Source of the DNA: Candidatus Aenigmatarchaeota archaeon
Lineage (GTDB): Archaea; Aenigmatarchaeota; Aenigmatarchaeia; CG10238-14; SCSR01
DNA: 48,506 bases
Assembly (NCBI GenBank): GCA_016187405.1
Contig: JACPJS010000010.1
Coordinates: forward strand, 1-48,506
Reading direction: 5' to 3'
Shown here in pieces: positions 8,027-16,987 of the stretch (positions within the stretch are counted from its first letter, which is position 1; every line of letters starts with the position of its first letter). The position numbers and the translations under genes were made by a program. The notes below the pieces were generated by a model. It had not been told where the DNA came from and ran no database searches. It worked only from the letters and a program-made list of their open reading frames with translations.

Positions 8027-9447
8027 CTGATGAGAAAGAAGAGAAGAAAGATATTGCTGCAAAGATAGTAAGACTTTTACCTGCCATTGCGAAACCAGAT
8101 TACAAAGAAAGCCTCAATTCAAAATTAAAATGGACGGGAATCGCACTCGGACTATATCTTCTGTTATCATACATAACTGTTTTTGGTGTAAACAAAGCAA
8201 CATCATTTGAACAATTCCAATTCTTTGAAATTGTCCTTGGTTCGAAATTCGGAAGTATAATGACACTTGGTATCGGACCGATAGTTACTGGTGGTATCAT
8301 CATGCAGCTATTGGTCGGTTCAAAGATAATCAACTGGGACACTACAAAACCCGAGGGAAGAAAGAAATTCCAGACTTGGAACAAGCTGATGGCAATAGTA
8401 TTGGCATTTGTTGAAGCTGCGGCATTCGTATTGGCAGGTGCATTACCAGTAATCCCGTCGTTGCCAATAATTCTTTTTGTAATTCTTCAGTTAGCAGCAG
8501 GTGGAATAATTGTTATAATTCTTGACGAACTCATTACAAAATGGGGATTCGGTTCTGGTGTCAGCCTATTCATTGCAACAGGAGTGGCAACACAATTCAT
8601 CATTGGCTTGATTAGTCCTTTTTCAGTCACCGGTAGAATTGCAGGTGCTATCCCAGGATTTCTTGTCAGCATGGGTATGAATCAACCCGCCCTAGCATTT
8701 GCTTACATACTCCCAGTAATAACAACATTCCTTGTATTCTTGGTTGTAATCTACGTCCAGCACATCAAAGTTCAAATACCATTATCATTCGCTAAGATGC
8801 GCGGATTCGGCAGGACATGGGAACTGAAACTATTGTACACGAGTAACATTCCTGTTATTCTTGTCGCAGCATTGATTGCCAACATGCAACTGGTTGCACA
8901 CATAGGAATACAGCCAACATCAACTGGCTTGAACTGTAGCTTGATCGGGTGTTTTGATCAGGCCGGAACTTTGGTTAGCGGATTTGTTTATTATTTATCA
9001 ACACCTGGCGGGGGACAAGTGAACAACAGTTTCTTATACCAGGTAATTAGTGGAACGTTGCTACCCGGCGAAGTCATCAGAGCTATCACATATACATTAT
9101 TCCTAGTTATTGGAGCGGTAATATTCTCGGTTTTCTGGGTCGGCACTGCAGGTATGGGTGCCAGTACAGTTGCTGGACAGTTGGATAGTGCGGGGATGCA
9201 AATACCTGGATACAGAAGAGATCCTAAGGTGATGGAATCCGTATTGGACAGATATATCCCGCATCTTGCTGTATTGGGTGGAGTAACAATAGGTTTGCTC
9301 GCGGCATTCGCAGATTTGATTGGCGCAATAGGAACCGGAACAGGTATCTTGCTGACGGTAATGATAGTTTACAATTATTACGAGCAATTGCAGCACGAGA
9401 AATTGGACGAGGCTCATCCATTGATAAGAAAAATCGTAGGTGAGTAG
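8023..9447 (+). CDS. secY: Preprotein translocase subunit SecY
   Basis: 474 aa with about 10 TM helices. Contains GIGPIVTGGIIMQLL and LYTSNIPVIL motifs. It has an ATGA overlap with uL15. Confidence 0.95.
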   Translation: MTDEKEEKKDIAAKIVRLLPAIAKPDYKESLNSKLKWTGIALGLYLLLSYITVFGVNKATSFEQFQFFEIVLGSKFGSIMTLGIGPIVTGGIIMQLLVGSKIINWDTTKPEGRKKFQTWNKLMAIVLAFVEAAAFVLAGALPVIPSLPIILFVILQLAAGGIIVIILDELITKWGFGSGVSLFIATGVATQFIIGLISPFSVTGRIAGAIPGFLVSMGMNQPALAFAYILPVITTFLVFLVVIYVQHIKVQIPLSFAKMRGFGRTWELKLLYTSNIPVILVAALIANMQLVAHIGIQPTSTGLNCSLIGCFDQAGTLVSGFVYYLSTPGGGQVNNSFLYQVISGTLLPGEVIRAITYTLFLVIGAVIFSVFWVGTAGMGASTVAGQLDSAGMQIPGYRRDPKVMESVLDRYIPHLAVLGGVTIGLLAAFADLIGAIGTGTGILLTVMIVYNYYEQLQHEKLDEAHPLIRKIVGE

Positions 9448-9939
9448 ATGGTATTTGATTTTATTCCTAATTTTGTTGATCCGATATTCAATCCTTTGCT
9501 AAGCTTGAATCCTGTTCTCGCATTATTAATTTTCTCGGGAATACTCACATCAATAATTTATTTCATAAACAAAATATTCGTCAATCAGAAAGAATTGAAA
9601 AAGATGCGACAGGACATAACAGATGTCAGGGAAAAATTATCAGAGGCGCAGAAGAGCGGAAACAAGGAAGAGATAAACAAACTTTTGAACGATATGATGA
9701 AAATCAACAACGATTATTTCAAACAGACTTTCAAGACTCTGATAGTGTCCATGATTGTCCTTGTACTGTTATTCCCATGGGCAAATAACGCGTTCGGCGA
9801 GAAGACGGTGGTAACCCATCCTTTTATATCGTTTATTAGCCTAGTTCCATTACTGAATTTGATACCGAACTGGTTGGCTTGGTATATCTTAAGCTCGATA
9901 ACAATAAGCTGGTTGTTGAGAAAATTCATAGGTGAGTAA
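9448..9939 (+). CDS. DUF106 / EMC3-TMCO1-like membrane protein (archaeal YidC/Oxa1-like insertase)
   Basis: 163 aa: TM1, a basic/acidic coiled-coil hairpin (KELKKMRQDITDVREKLSEAQKSG), then 2 TMs. It holds the conserved position after secY in archaea. Confidence 0.75.
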   Translation: MVFDFIPNFVDPIFNPLLSLNPVLALLIFSGILTSIIYFINKIFVNQKELKKMRQDITDVREKLSEAQKSGNKEEINKLLNDMMKINNDYFKQTFKTLIVSMIVLVLLFPWANNAFGEKTVVTHPFISFISLVPLLNLIPNWLAWYILSSITISWLLRKFIGE

Positions 9940-10167
9940 ATGAAGACAGTAAGAAGAAAAACGATAAAGGGGAAGATAAAATTTGTGCATAGGAAGGAAA
10001 GGAACAGCCCTGCATTGTGTGCAAACTGCAAGAAGCAATTACATGGAGTTCCTAGAGCATCAGTGAAATTATCAAAGAGTGAGAAGATTCCTAACAGACC
10101 ATTTGGTGGGAACCTTTGTTCAAATTGCAGCAGGCAAGTTTTAAGAGAGAGGGCGAGAGGTATATGA
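9940..10167 (+). CDS. rpl34e: Ribosomal protein eL34
   Basis: Contains CANCKKQLHGVP and a basic N-terminus typical of eL34. Confidence 0.9.
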   Translation: MKTVRRKTIKGKIKFVHRKERNSPALCANCKKQLHGVPRASVKLSKSEKIPNRPFGGNLCSNCSRQVLRERARGI

Positions 10168-10168
10168 T

Positions 10169-10519
10169 ATGGCTAGTTTAGAAGTCGGAACAGTCGGAAT
10201 AAAGATTGTTGGAAGAGAAGGCGGAATGATTTGTACTGTTGTCAAGAAATTGGACAAGAGTTTTGTAATGATCACGGGACCTAAATTGGTCAGCGGAATC
10301 AAGAGAAGAAAATGCAATATCGCACATATCGAACCTACTAGTTACAAATTGGATATATCCGAAGACGCAAGCGACGAGCAAATTATAGAGGCTTACAAGA
10401 AAGCGGGTATTGTTTCGAAATTCAAATTGAAACTTCCTTCTGCAGGCGAGATGAAGAATGTAAAAGTTAAAAAAGCAAAGGAAGAGCCTGAGAAAAAAGA
10501 ATCTAAGAAAGAAAAGTAA
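10169..10519 (+). CDS. rpl14e: Ribosomal protein eL14
   Basis: Contains VGREGGMICTVVKKLDKSFVMITGP..GIKRRKCNIAHIEPT, an eL14 KOW-like pattern. Confidence 0.88.
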   Translation: MASLEVGTVGIKIVGREGGMICTVVKKLDKSFVMITGPKLVSGIKRRKCNIAHIEPTSYKLDISEDASDEQIIEAYKKAGIVSKFKLKLPSAGEMKNVKVKKAKEEPEKKESKKEK

Positions 10520-10527
10520 CTCTAATT

Positions 10528-11478
10528 ATGTGGTTAATAAAATCTGACGAAGAGACAAATCCTGATTATGGAAAATCTCCTAAGGACAGGACTATCGAAG
10601 AACTGATTCAATCGTCTGTTGTTCTTCTTGACAAGAATTCTGGGCCTACATCTCATCAGGTATCGGCATGGGCGAGAGATATTTTCAATCTGAAATTAGC
10701 CGGGCATTCTGGAACATTGGATCCAGCTGTCACTGGTGTACTTCCGGTCGCACTTGATAATGCAACCAAATCGATGCCTGTGTTGACAGGATTGGACAAG
10801 GAGTATGTTGGTGTGATGCAATTGCACAAGCCAGTGCCAGAGGGTTTGTTGAGAAAAATTATTCAAGATAAATTTCTCGGAAAGATAATACAACTTCCAC
10901 CAAAGAAATCTGCAGTCGCAAGAAGGGAAAGGGAACGTGAAATAAAATTTTTCGATATACTTGAAATGAATGGACAGGAAGTATTGTTCAAAGTTGGTTG
11001 TGAAGCTGGGACATACATCAGAAAATTATGTCATGACATTGGGAAAGCACTTGGTGTCGGTGCGCATATGGCTGAACTGAGAAGGACTCGAGTCGGTAAT
11101 TTTACAGAAGAACAGACACATTCGCTTGTTGAATTGAGGGACTCATATGAAATATGGAAAGAAACTGGTGATGATGAGAAATTAAGAAAGATTCTAATCC
11201 CTGTTGAATATGCGATTAATCATGTGAAGAAAGTTTTCGTGAAAGATTCTGCTGTTGAAAACATTTGTAATGGTGCGCCGTTGTATCCGAATGGTATAAC
11301 ACGAATACAGAAAGAAATAATAGCTGGTGAATTGATTGCTGTGATGACATCGAAAGAAGAACTGATTGCACTGGGTATATGTAAGATGGATAGCGATGAA
11401 ATGTTGAAAAGGAAGACCGGAATTTCTGTAAGGACAGACAGGGTTTTGATGAAAAGGGGAGTGTATCCTAAACTTTAA
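10528..11478 (+). CDS. cbf5: H/ACA RNP pseudouridine synthase Cbf5
   Basis: Contains the TruB catalytic motif GHSGTLDPAVTGVLPVAL, with a C-terminal PUA-like region. It holds the conserved position after eL14. Confidence 0.92.
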   Translation: MWLIKSDEETNPDYGKSPKDRTIEELIQSSVVLLDKNSGPTSHQVSAWARDIFNLKLAGHSGTLDPAVTGVLPVALDNATKSMPVLTGLDKEYVGVMQLHKPVPEGLLRKIIQDKFLGKIIQLPPKKSAVARREREREIKFFDILEMNGQEVLFKVGCEAGTYIRKLCHDIGKALGVGAHMAELRRTRVGNFTEEQTHSLVELRDSYEIWKETGDDEKLRKILIPVEYAINHVKKVFVKDSAVENICNGAPLYPNGITRIQKEIIAGELIAVMTSKEELIALGICKMDSDEMLKRKTGISVRTDRVLMKRGVYPKL

Positions 11479-11503
11479 AAAGGAAAAAATGTAGTGAGTT
11501 TCT

Positions 11504-11791
11504 ATGAAAATCGCAGATATCAAACTTGGATTGAGTGCAATAACTGTAGAGGCTAAAGTGGTTGAAATTGGCGAACCTAGAGATGTCAATACAAAATATG
11601 GCGTGAAGAGCGTTGCTGATGCAATCCTTGAAGACGAGACTGGTCAGATAAAATTGTCATTATGGGAAGGTCAGATTGAGTCTGTAGCAATTGGTGATAC
11701 TGTAGTTGTGCATGGTGCATATGTGACACAGTTCAGAAACACATTGCAGTTGAGCATACCAAAATCTGGCAAATTGGAAAAACTAGATTAA
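11504..11791 (+). CDS. Single OB-fold nucleic-acid-binding protein (SSB/RPA-like)
   Basis: 95 aa. The pattern VEAKVVEIGEPRDV......AILEDETGQIKLSLWEGQ....GDTVVVHGAYV is typical of anticodon-type OB folds. Confidence 0.65.
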   Translation: MKIADIKLGLSAITVEAKVVEIGEPRDVNTKYGVKSVADAILEDETGQIKLSLWEGQIESVAIGDTVVVHGAYVTQFRNTLQLSIPKSGKLEKLD

Positions 11792-11839
11792 TACTTACGC
11801 TAAAATACTTTTTCTTTGAATGTTAATTTGGATATAGAT

Positions 11840-11923
11840 GCCGGAGTCGCATAACCTGGTGGTGCACTGGTCTTGAAAACCAGCGGTCGTAAGACTATAT
11901 GGGTTCAAATCCCTTCTCCGGCG
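11840..11923 (+). tRNA. tRNA-Ser (anticodon UGA)
   Basis: The acceptor GCCGGAG pairs with CTCCGGC. The anticodon stem is CTGGT/ACCAG with loop CTTGAAA. It has a long variable arm, the T-loop GGGTTCAAATCCC and discriminator G. CCA is not encoded. Confidence 0.9.
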
Positions 11924-12082
11924 CTAACCTTTAAATACCTTTACCACAAACATATTCCTAGGTGTAAATAAAATCAAGGTGATAACTAGACTGTTTCTTA
12001 TGTAACTACTCTGACTGCTAATTCTTAAAATGACGCAAGTGAGTGGACTAAGATTAAAATTAAATTAAATGGAGGAAATTAA

Positions 12083-12487
12083 ATGAGATTTGGCGGAGGA
12101 CGAAGATTCGGTAGTAACAATAACAGAAGTTTTGGTGGAGGAAATAGAAGATTTGATAGAAGACAAGACGATATGCCAAAACCAATTAAAGCTGGTGAGG
12201 AATACGATGTTGAAATCAAAGAAGTCGGCTCCAAAGGAGACGGTATCGCCCGCGTTAGCAATTTCGTAGTATTTGTTAACGGTGCAAAAATGGGTGAAAA
12301 GCTTCACATCAAAATAACAGATGTTAAAGACAGATTCGCTATCGGTGAAAAGACCGAAGGTAGCGGAACAGTTAAAACAGAATCGACAGAATCTACAGAA
12401 GAGGTGAAAGAAACGTCAAGCGACGATTGGGATTCAGACGAAGAGTCAGATGACGAATCTTCAGAAGAAAGCAACGAAGACGAGTAA
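12083..12487 (+). CDS. TRAM-domain RNA-binding protein with RGG N-terminus and acidic tail
   Basis: The TRAM core is EYDVEIKEVGSKGDGIARVSNFVVFVNGAKMGEKLHIKITDV. A GGAGG sequence lies 8 nt upstream of the ATG. Confidence 0.8.
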   Translation: MRFGGGRRFGSNNNRSFGGGNRRFDRRQDDMPKPIKAGEEYDVEIKEVGSKGDGIARVSNFVVFVNGAKMGEKLHIKITDVKDRFAIGEKTEGSGTVKTESTESTEEVKETSSDDWDSDEESDDESSEESNEDE

Positions 12488-12496
12488 TCGCTCGGG

Positions 12497-12534
12497 TTTT
12501 TTGATTCGAATTTTTTTATTTTCGAATTTTTCTT
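12497..12534 (+). terminator. Oligo-T tracts downstream of the TRAM gene
   Basis: A T6 run (12497-12502) and a T7 run (12511-12517) lie within a duplicated ttcgaattttt motif. Archaeal termination typically uses oligo-T. Confidence 0.45.
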
Positions 12535-12561
12535 TATTAAATCTAAAAGGCAACTAGAATT

Positions 12562-13146
12562 ATGGACGACGAACAGGAAGAGTTTGTCTTAAAGACTTCC
12601 AGGATATTCTTTCTGGGAAATTATATAATCGCATTTCTTGTTGGTATTTTCCTAGTTCTTGCCATAATAAGTTTCAAACTCACATTCACGTTCTTTCCAT
12701 CAACTCTAAATGATTTGTTATCGACTTTGACCATACTTGGTATAGCGGCACTTGGACTAACTATGATCGAGCAGCCGGAATGGGCAAGATTTAGAGAGAA
12801 ATTCGTAGTCACTATGAACGAGGTTATAAGAGAGCATGGAATATTCACAAGAGAACGTGTAATACTTCCATATGCCACTATTGCTGACATAAGCGTTCAT
12901 CGGAGTGTAATTGGTAGAATTTTAAATTATGGTACGATAAGCGTCAGTTCATTCAAGTCTGGAAGCGACATGGTAATGCACGGTATAAGAAGTCCTGAGA
13001 AATACCACGTTATCATACAGAACCGTGTCAACCTGATAAGAGAAGGACAGATTAGGATGTTCAAAGAAGAAAAAATGGAAGGAAAATCTGAATCAGAAAA
13101 AGCTGAACGCAAATCTAAAAAACCCAGTAAAAAAGAAAAAGACTGA
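12562..13146 (+). CDS. Membrane protein with bacterial-type PH (YdbS/DUF304-like) domain
   Basis: It has two TM helices, then RVILPYATIADISVHRSVIGRILNYGTISV, a bPH-like pattern, and a Lys-rich tail. Confidence 0.65.
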   Translation: MDDEQEEFVLKTSRIFFLGNYIIAFLVGIFLVLAIISFKLTFTFFPSTLNDLLSTLTILGIAALGLTMIEQPEWARFREKFVVTMNEVIREHGIFTRERVILPYATIADISVHRSVIGRILNYGTISVSSFKSGSDMVMHGIRSPEKYHVIIQNRVNLIREGQIRMFKEEKMEGKSESEKAERKSKKPSKKEKD

Positions 13147-13160
13147 AAATAATTCTAATT

Positions 13161-14048
13161 ATGCCAATTAATGCCGGACAGGAATATTTTGTTGCAGAAA
13201 AAAAGTATTCTGATGCTAGGACAAATGAAGAGAAGATAAAAGCTCTGGAAGAAATGATAAGAGCGTTACCCAAACACAAAGGTACGCACAATGTTCTTGC
13301 GGATTTGAAGAAAAGATTGTCAAAGCTGAAAAAAGAATCTGCTGTAAGCAAAAGAAAGTCGAGTAAGCCAAGTTTTATAATTAGAAAAGAAGGTTCGGCG
13401 CAGATTTGTATAATCGGAATGACCAAATCAGGCAAGAGCTCCTTGTTGAATTCATTGACAAATGCGAAAGCGCAAGTTGCAGAATATCCTTATACTACAA
13501 AAAAACCTCAAGTCGGGATGATGTATTACAAGGACATACAATTCCAGATGATAGAAATACCATCAACATTTAATTCAGAATTCATGAGCTTGCTGTATTC
13601 ATGTGATTTGATTGTTATGATGATGGATGCTATGCAAAATCCAATGAAACAAAAGGAAGAGATTTTAAAAATATTGAAGAAAAACAAACTTGACAACAAG
13701 GACATGGTATTTGTAAAAAACAAAAGCAAGGTTTGTGGATTGGATCCTAAGGAAGTTTGTATGGATACCAAGTCCGGAATAGGAATAGATGAATTGAAAG
13801 AACGCATGTGGGAAGAACTGAAAATGATTAGAATCTATACAAAATCACCGAACAAACCAAAAGCCATACCTGCGATTGGGATGCTAAAAAATTCTACTGT
13901 GAAAGATCTTACTAAGGAAATACACAAAGACTTGTTGAAAGACTTCAAGTTCGCAAAGATATTCAATTCGACGAAATACTCGGGAAAGAAAGTCGGATTA
14001 GAATACAAACTGCAAGACAACGATGTTGTGGAGATTCATTCCGAATAA
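13161..14048 (+). CDS. DRG/Rbg-like GTPase-fold protein with C-terminal TGS domain (G3/G4 motifs degenerate)
   Basis: G1 is GMTKSGKSS and G2 is EYPYTT. The C-terminal TGS-like end is KLQDNDVVEIH. The expected DxPG is IEIPS, and the expected NKxD is KNKS. Confidence 0.8.
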   Translation: MPINAGQEYFVAEKKYSDARTNEEKIKALEEMIRALPKHKGTHNVLADLKKRLSKLKKESAVSKRKSSKPSFIIRKEGSAQICIIGMTKSGKSSLLNSLTNAKAQVAEYPYTTKKPQVGMMYYKDIQFQMIEIPSTFNSEFMSLLYSCDLIVMMMDAMQNPMKQKEEILKILKKNKLDNKDMVFVKNKSKVCGLDPKEVCMDTKSGIGIDELKERMWEELKMIRIYTKSPNKPKAIPAIGMLKNSTVKDLTKEIHKDLLKDFKFAKIFNSTKYSGKKVGLEYKLQDNDVVEIHSE

Positions 14049-15077
14049 TCATTCAATTACAGTTTCTAATTTTTCCAAGTCACAAAAATCTGTCGAGTAC
14101 GTATACGCGCCTGCATCAAGAAAAATTATCTTGTCACCGACTTTGGGATTGTCAAGATAAACTCTGTATCTGAATATGTCCATCGAATCCGGTGTGCAAC
14201 CTTTGATTGTAAATGGTTCACCCTTCTCCAACTCACCATCGACAAACAATCTTGTATGTGCAACAAAAGTATCCATGGCTGCATTGTAGACTGAACAGTT
14301 GATTATGATGTTATTGTCGTATATTCCAGTTATCTCAGTTTCCAATTTTATACACGGTGCAGCGAGAAATCTTCCAGGTTCCACCATCATTTTGATATTG
14401 TTCTTGTTCAACCATTCTCTGAGTTCTTTTATTTTATCGAAAATATAATGCGTGACCTCGTTGACATTGCCATGACTCTTGTATTTTATCGGTATTCCTC
14501 CACCGATGTTCAATACATCTATGTTTTCTATCGTGGTTTTATCAAGTACATCTTCGAGTTCTCGTTTGAAAGACCATTCACTAACATTTTGTGTCTTTTT
14601 GTGAAAATGCAATCCGAGTTTTTCTATTTTATTATTTTTTCTCAATTCAGGTATCAATTCATTGATTTGGTTGGAGTACATGCCAAAAACAAAATATTTT
14701 TCGGTTTTTATCGTGTGTTCCTTCATCCTCATTCTTAACAATAGGTTGATTTTACAATCATTGTCTGAGATATAATCCAAAAGTATTTTCAGATCCGATT
14801 CGTTATCAACGATAAAATATTTTATACCAAGCTTGAATAGATTGTCCAAGATTTCTTTATTCAAACTCTGAGCAACAAAAATTATTTTACTCTTGTCTTT
14901 TATTGTATGTAATGACTCTGTTGAATGCAATGTAAACAATGAATCAGTATTCTCTTCTAATACCTGACCAACTTTAGGGTTTGTCTTAAGACTGTAAGAT
15001 ACTTCGTCTGATATTCCTTTTAGGAAATTATATTGTTCTAAAAGTTTTGACTTGTTCAAAACAAATTTCGCTTTCAT
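14049..15077 (-). CDS. PLP-dependent group IV (Orn/Arg/DAP-type) decarboxylase
   Basis: Contains YSLKTNP (PLP-Lys context), NIGGGIPIKY, the catalytic-Cys context GCTPDSMD, and FLDAGAYTYS. Substrate is not assignable from sequence. Confidence 0.8.
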   Translation of the reverse strand: MKAKFVLNKSKLLEQYNFLKGISDEVSYSLKTNPKVGQVLEENTDSLFTLHSTESLHTIKDKSKIIFVAQSLNKEILDNLFKLGIKYFIVDNESDLKILLDYISDNDCKINLLLRMRMKEHTIKTEKYFVFGMYSNQINELIPELRKNNKIEKLGLHFHKKTQNVSEWSFKRELEDVLDKTTIENIDVLNIGGGIPIKYKSHGNVNEVTHYIFDKIKELREWLNKNNIKMMVEPGRFLAAPCIKLETEITGIYDNNIIINCSVYNAAMDTFVAHTRLFVDGELEKGEPFTIKGCTPDSMDIFRYRVYLDNPKVGDKIIFLDAGAYTYSTDFCDLEKLETVIE

Positions 15078-15078
15078 T

Positions 15079-16023
15079 CTAATCGTTCTTTACCAGACCT
15101 TTCTTTGAAAGTTCCTCGAGTGCTTTGATCATTGCCAGAGGGAATGTAATCGTGACATCACCAATGACAGTTGCTACATCAGAATTGTCTTTTATCTTAC
15201 CCCAGCTTTTGGCCTCTCTCGTTGTAGCGCTGCCCATGCTTCCAGAAGATTCTCTGGATGTAGTCATGTAAACTGCATAATCCAATCCACCATTTATGAG
15301 ACATGCCAGTATCGCATGATGTTTTGAAACACCACCACCGAGAGATATCATTCCTTTCATTTCATCCTGGCTTGTACTGAATAGAATATTGGCAAAATCC
15401 TTCACAACATCCAAAATGAAATCTGGATATTTTTGCTGGAACATATACAAGTGAAATCCGAATGCACCATCCGTGATAGCTGGACAAAATATAGGAACGT
15501 TGTTTTTCGATGCCTGATAAAGAATAGAGTTCTCGTCATTCAACATGGATCCTATTTCCATCAACAATTCTGAAACTGTCCATCTTTTCTTCTTGTCATA
15601 GACTTTCTTGAGCATGTCGTGTATTATGTCCTCGAATCTCTCGTAGCTCTTGTTTGTAACATAAAGATTTCCGATTCTGTTTGTTCCTTTTTCATGCAGT
15701 TCAACATCATCAGCTGTGAACTCTCCTATAGGGAATTTCTCCCCGAAAGATTTCATTATATCCTCTTCTATACCTCCTACTGTAGTTACGACTACGTCTG
15801 CCATTTTCAATCTTATCACCTGTGCAAAGAAACCACGCAATCCAGAAGTGACCATGTTCGAAGTGAATGTGAAAAATATTTTAGCGCCAGATTCTTTCAT
15901 CTTGATTATAGTCTCAGATGCTTTTGCAAGTTCGACACTCTGGAAACCGACGCTATCAAGACCAGTAACCAACTCCTCGACAGTCATTCCTCTTGTCCAT
16001 TTGAAATCTTTTACATAAACCAT
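15079..16023 (-). CDS. dys: Deoxyhypusine synthase
   Basis: 314 aa with FFTFTSNMVTSGLRG, VVVTTVGGIEEDI and GGGVSKHH, which are typical DHS blocks. Confidence 0.92.
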   Translation of the reverse strand: MVYVKDFKWTRGMTVEELVTGLDSVGFQSVELAKASETIIKMKESGAKIFFTFTSNMVTSGLRGFFAQVIRLKMADVVVTTVGGIEEDIMKSFGEKFPIGEFTADDVELHEKGTNRIGNLYVTNKSYERFEDIIHDMLKKVYDKKKRWTVSELLMEIGSMLNDENSILYQASKNNVPIFCPAITDGAFGFHLYMFQQKYPDFILDVVKDFANILFSTSQDEMKGMISLGGGVSKHHAILACLINGGLDYAVYMTTSRESSGSMGSATTREAKSWGKIKDNSDVATVIGDVTITFPLAMIKALEELSKKGLVKND

Positions 16024-16139
16024 AGTATCACTAAATTCTGAATGGGATAGATAGTTCTAGCAGAAAGCAATTAGATGTAAATTAACTTCTCTAAAGTTCG
16101 AAGTTGAAATCCCATATACTTCAATTAACACAAAGCCAT

Positions 16140-16982
16140 TTAAATGTTTGCCTGATATAGTACTTCCATCATGGATCTAGTGGCCAAGAATTCGGATATT
16201 TCATTTCCTTCCATAGAGTTCAAGCAGCACAAGTCCATTCCAACAATCTTTCCACCGATTGATTTCACAGCATTCTGGAAATTGTTGAAGAATATTCCAT
16301 CTGATTCAGGCATTTCCACCGCAGGTGCTACACTAGGATCGAAAACATCGAAATCCAATGAAACATAAACGTCAGAACTTTTTGTAAAGTGTTCAATCGC
16401 ATTGTAGACTTCCTCAGGATTCTCCAACATGTGCCTGCTTGTGAAAAATTGTATCCCGCTGTTCTTCATGAAATTGAATTCAAATTCATCGCAAGATCTC
16501 ACACCAATCAACATTATGTTCTCTGGCTGAATAATTTCAGATATACGTCTCAACCATGTCGCATCACAAAATTTAGGATTGAATTCTACACCTTCATTCA
16601 TCGCACGAATCTTTTCATCGTCATAAGAATTCTTAAAGTCCCCATGAGCATCGAAAACAATCAGCTTCACCTTCTTGAAAGCGCGCACTGAATAATAAGA
16701 CGATAAATGATTACCACCTAGCATCAATGGAATCTTTTTCATATTCAAAATATTCTTTATCTCTTCTGTAATCTTGTCCAAAGAATCAAGTTCTATGTTG
16801 CCCTTATCGAATGTCTTAACTTTCTCAAGAAGATTCACGTCATAATCCAAATCCATTGGTTCTACAAAACTGCTGACACGTCTTATGGATTCTAATGACT
16901 TGATTGAACCTTTACCTAACGGCACGCCGAATACGACTGCGTTAGATTCTTCTAAACTGAAGTCTGTTCCTAAGAATTTCAT
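16140..16982 (-). CDS. speB: Agmatinase / ureohydrolase family protein
   Basis: Arginase-fold metal motifs are present: GGNH, FDAHGDF and SLDFDVFDP. Confidence 0.85.
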   Translation of the reverse strand: MKFLGTDFSLEESNAVVFGVPLGKGSIKSLESIRRVSSFVEPMDLDYDVNLLEKVKTFDKGNIELDSLDKITEEIKNILNMKKIPLMLGGNHLSSYYSVRAFKKVKLIVFDAHGDFKNSYDDEKIRAMNEGVEFNPKFCDATWLRRISEIIQPENIMLIGVRSCDEFEFNFMKNSGIQFFTSRHMLENPEEVYNAIEHFTKSSDVYVSLDFDVFDPSVAPAVEMPESDGIFFNNFQNAVKSIGGKIVGMDLCCLNSMEGNEISEFLATRSMMEVLYQANI

Positions 16983-16987
16983 AGATA

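Noticed and set aside
11980-12035. Possible C/D-box sRNA between tRNA-Ser and the TRAM gene (GGTGATAA ... CTGA).
   Set aside because: The C-box is imperfect (UGAUAA rather than UGAUGA). There is no C'/D' pair, and the 25-nt spacing does not fit the usual 50-70 nt architecture.
12065-12307. Two minus-strand ORFs (12065-12307, 12079-12261) antisense to the TRAM gene.
   Set aside because: The TRAM frame has a clear domain signature and a Shine-Dalgarno sequence. The antisense frames are low-complexity mirrors of the RGG/acidic regions.
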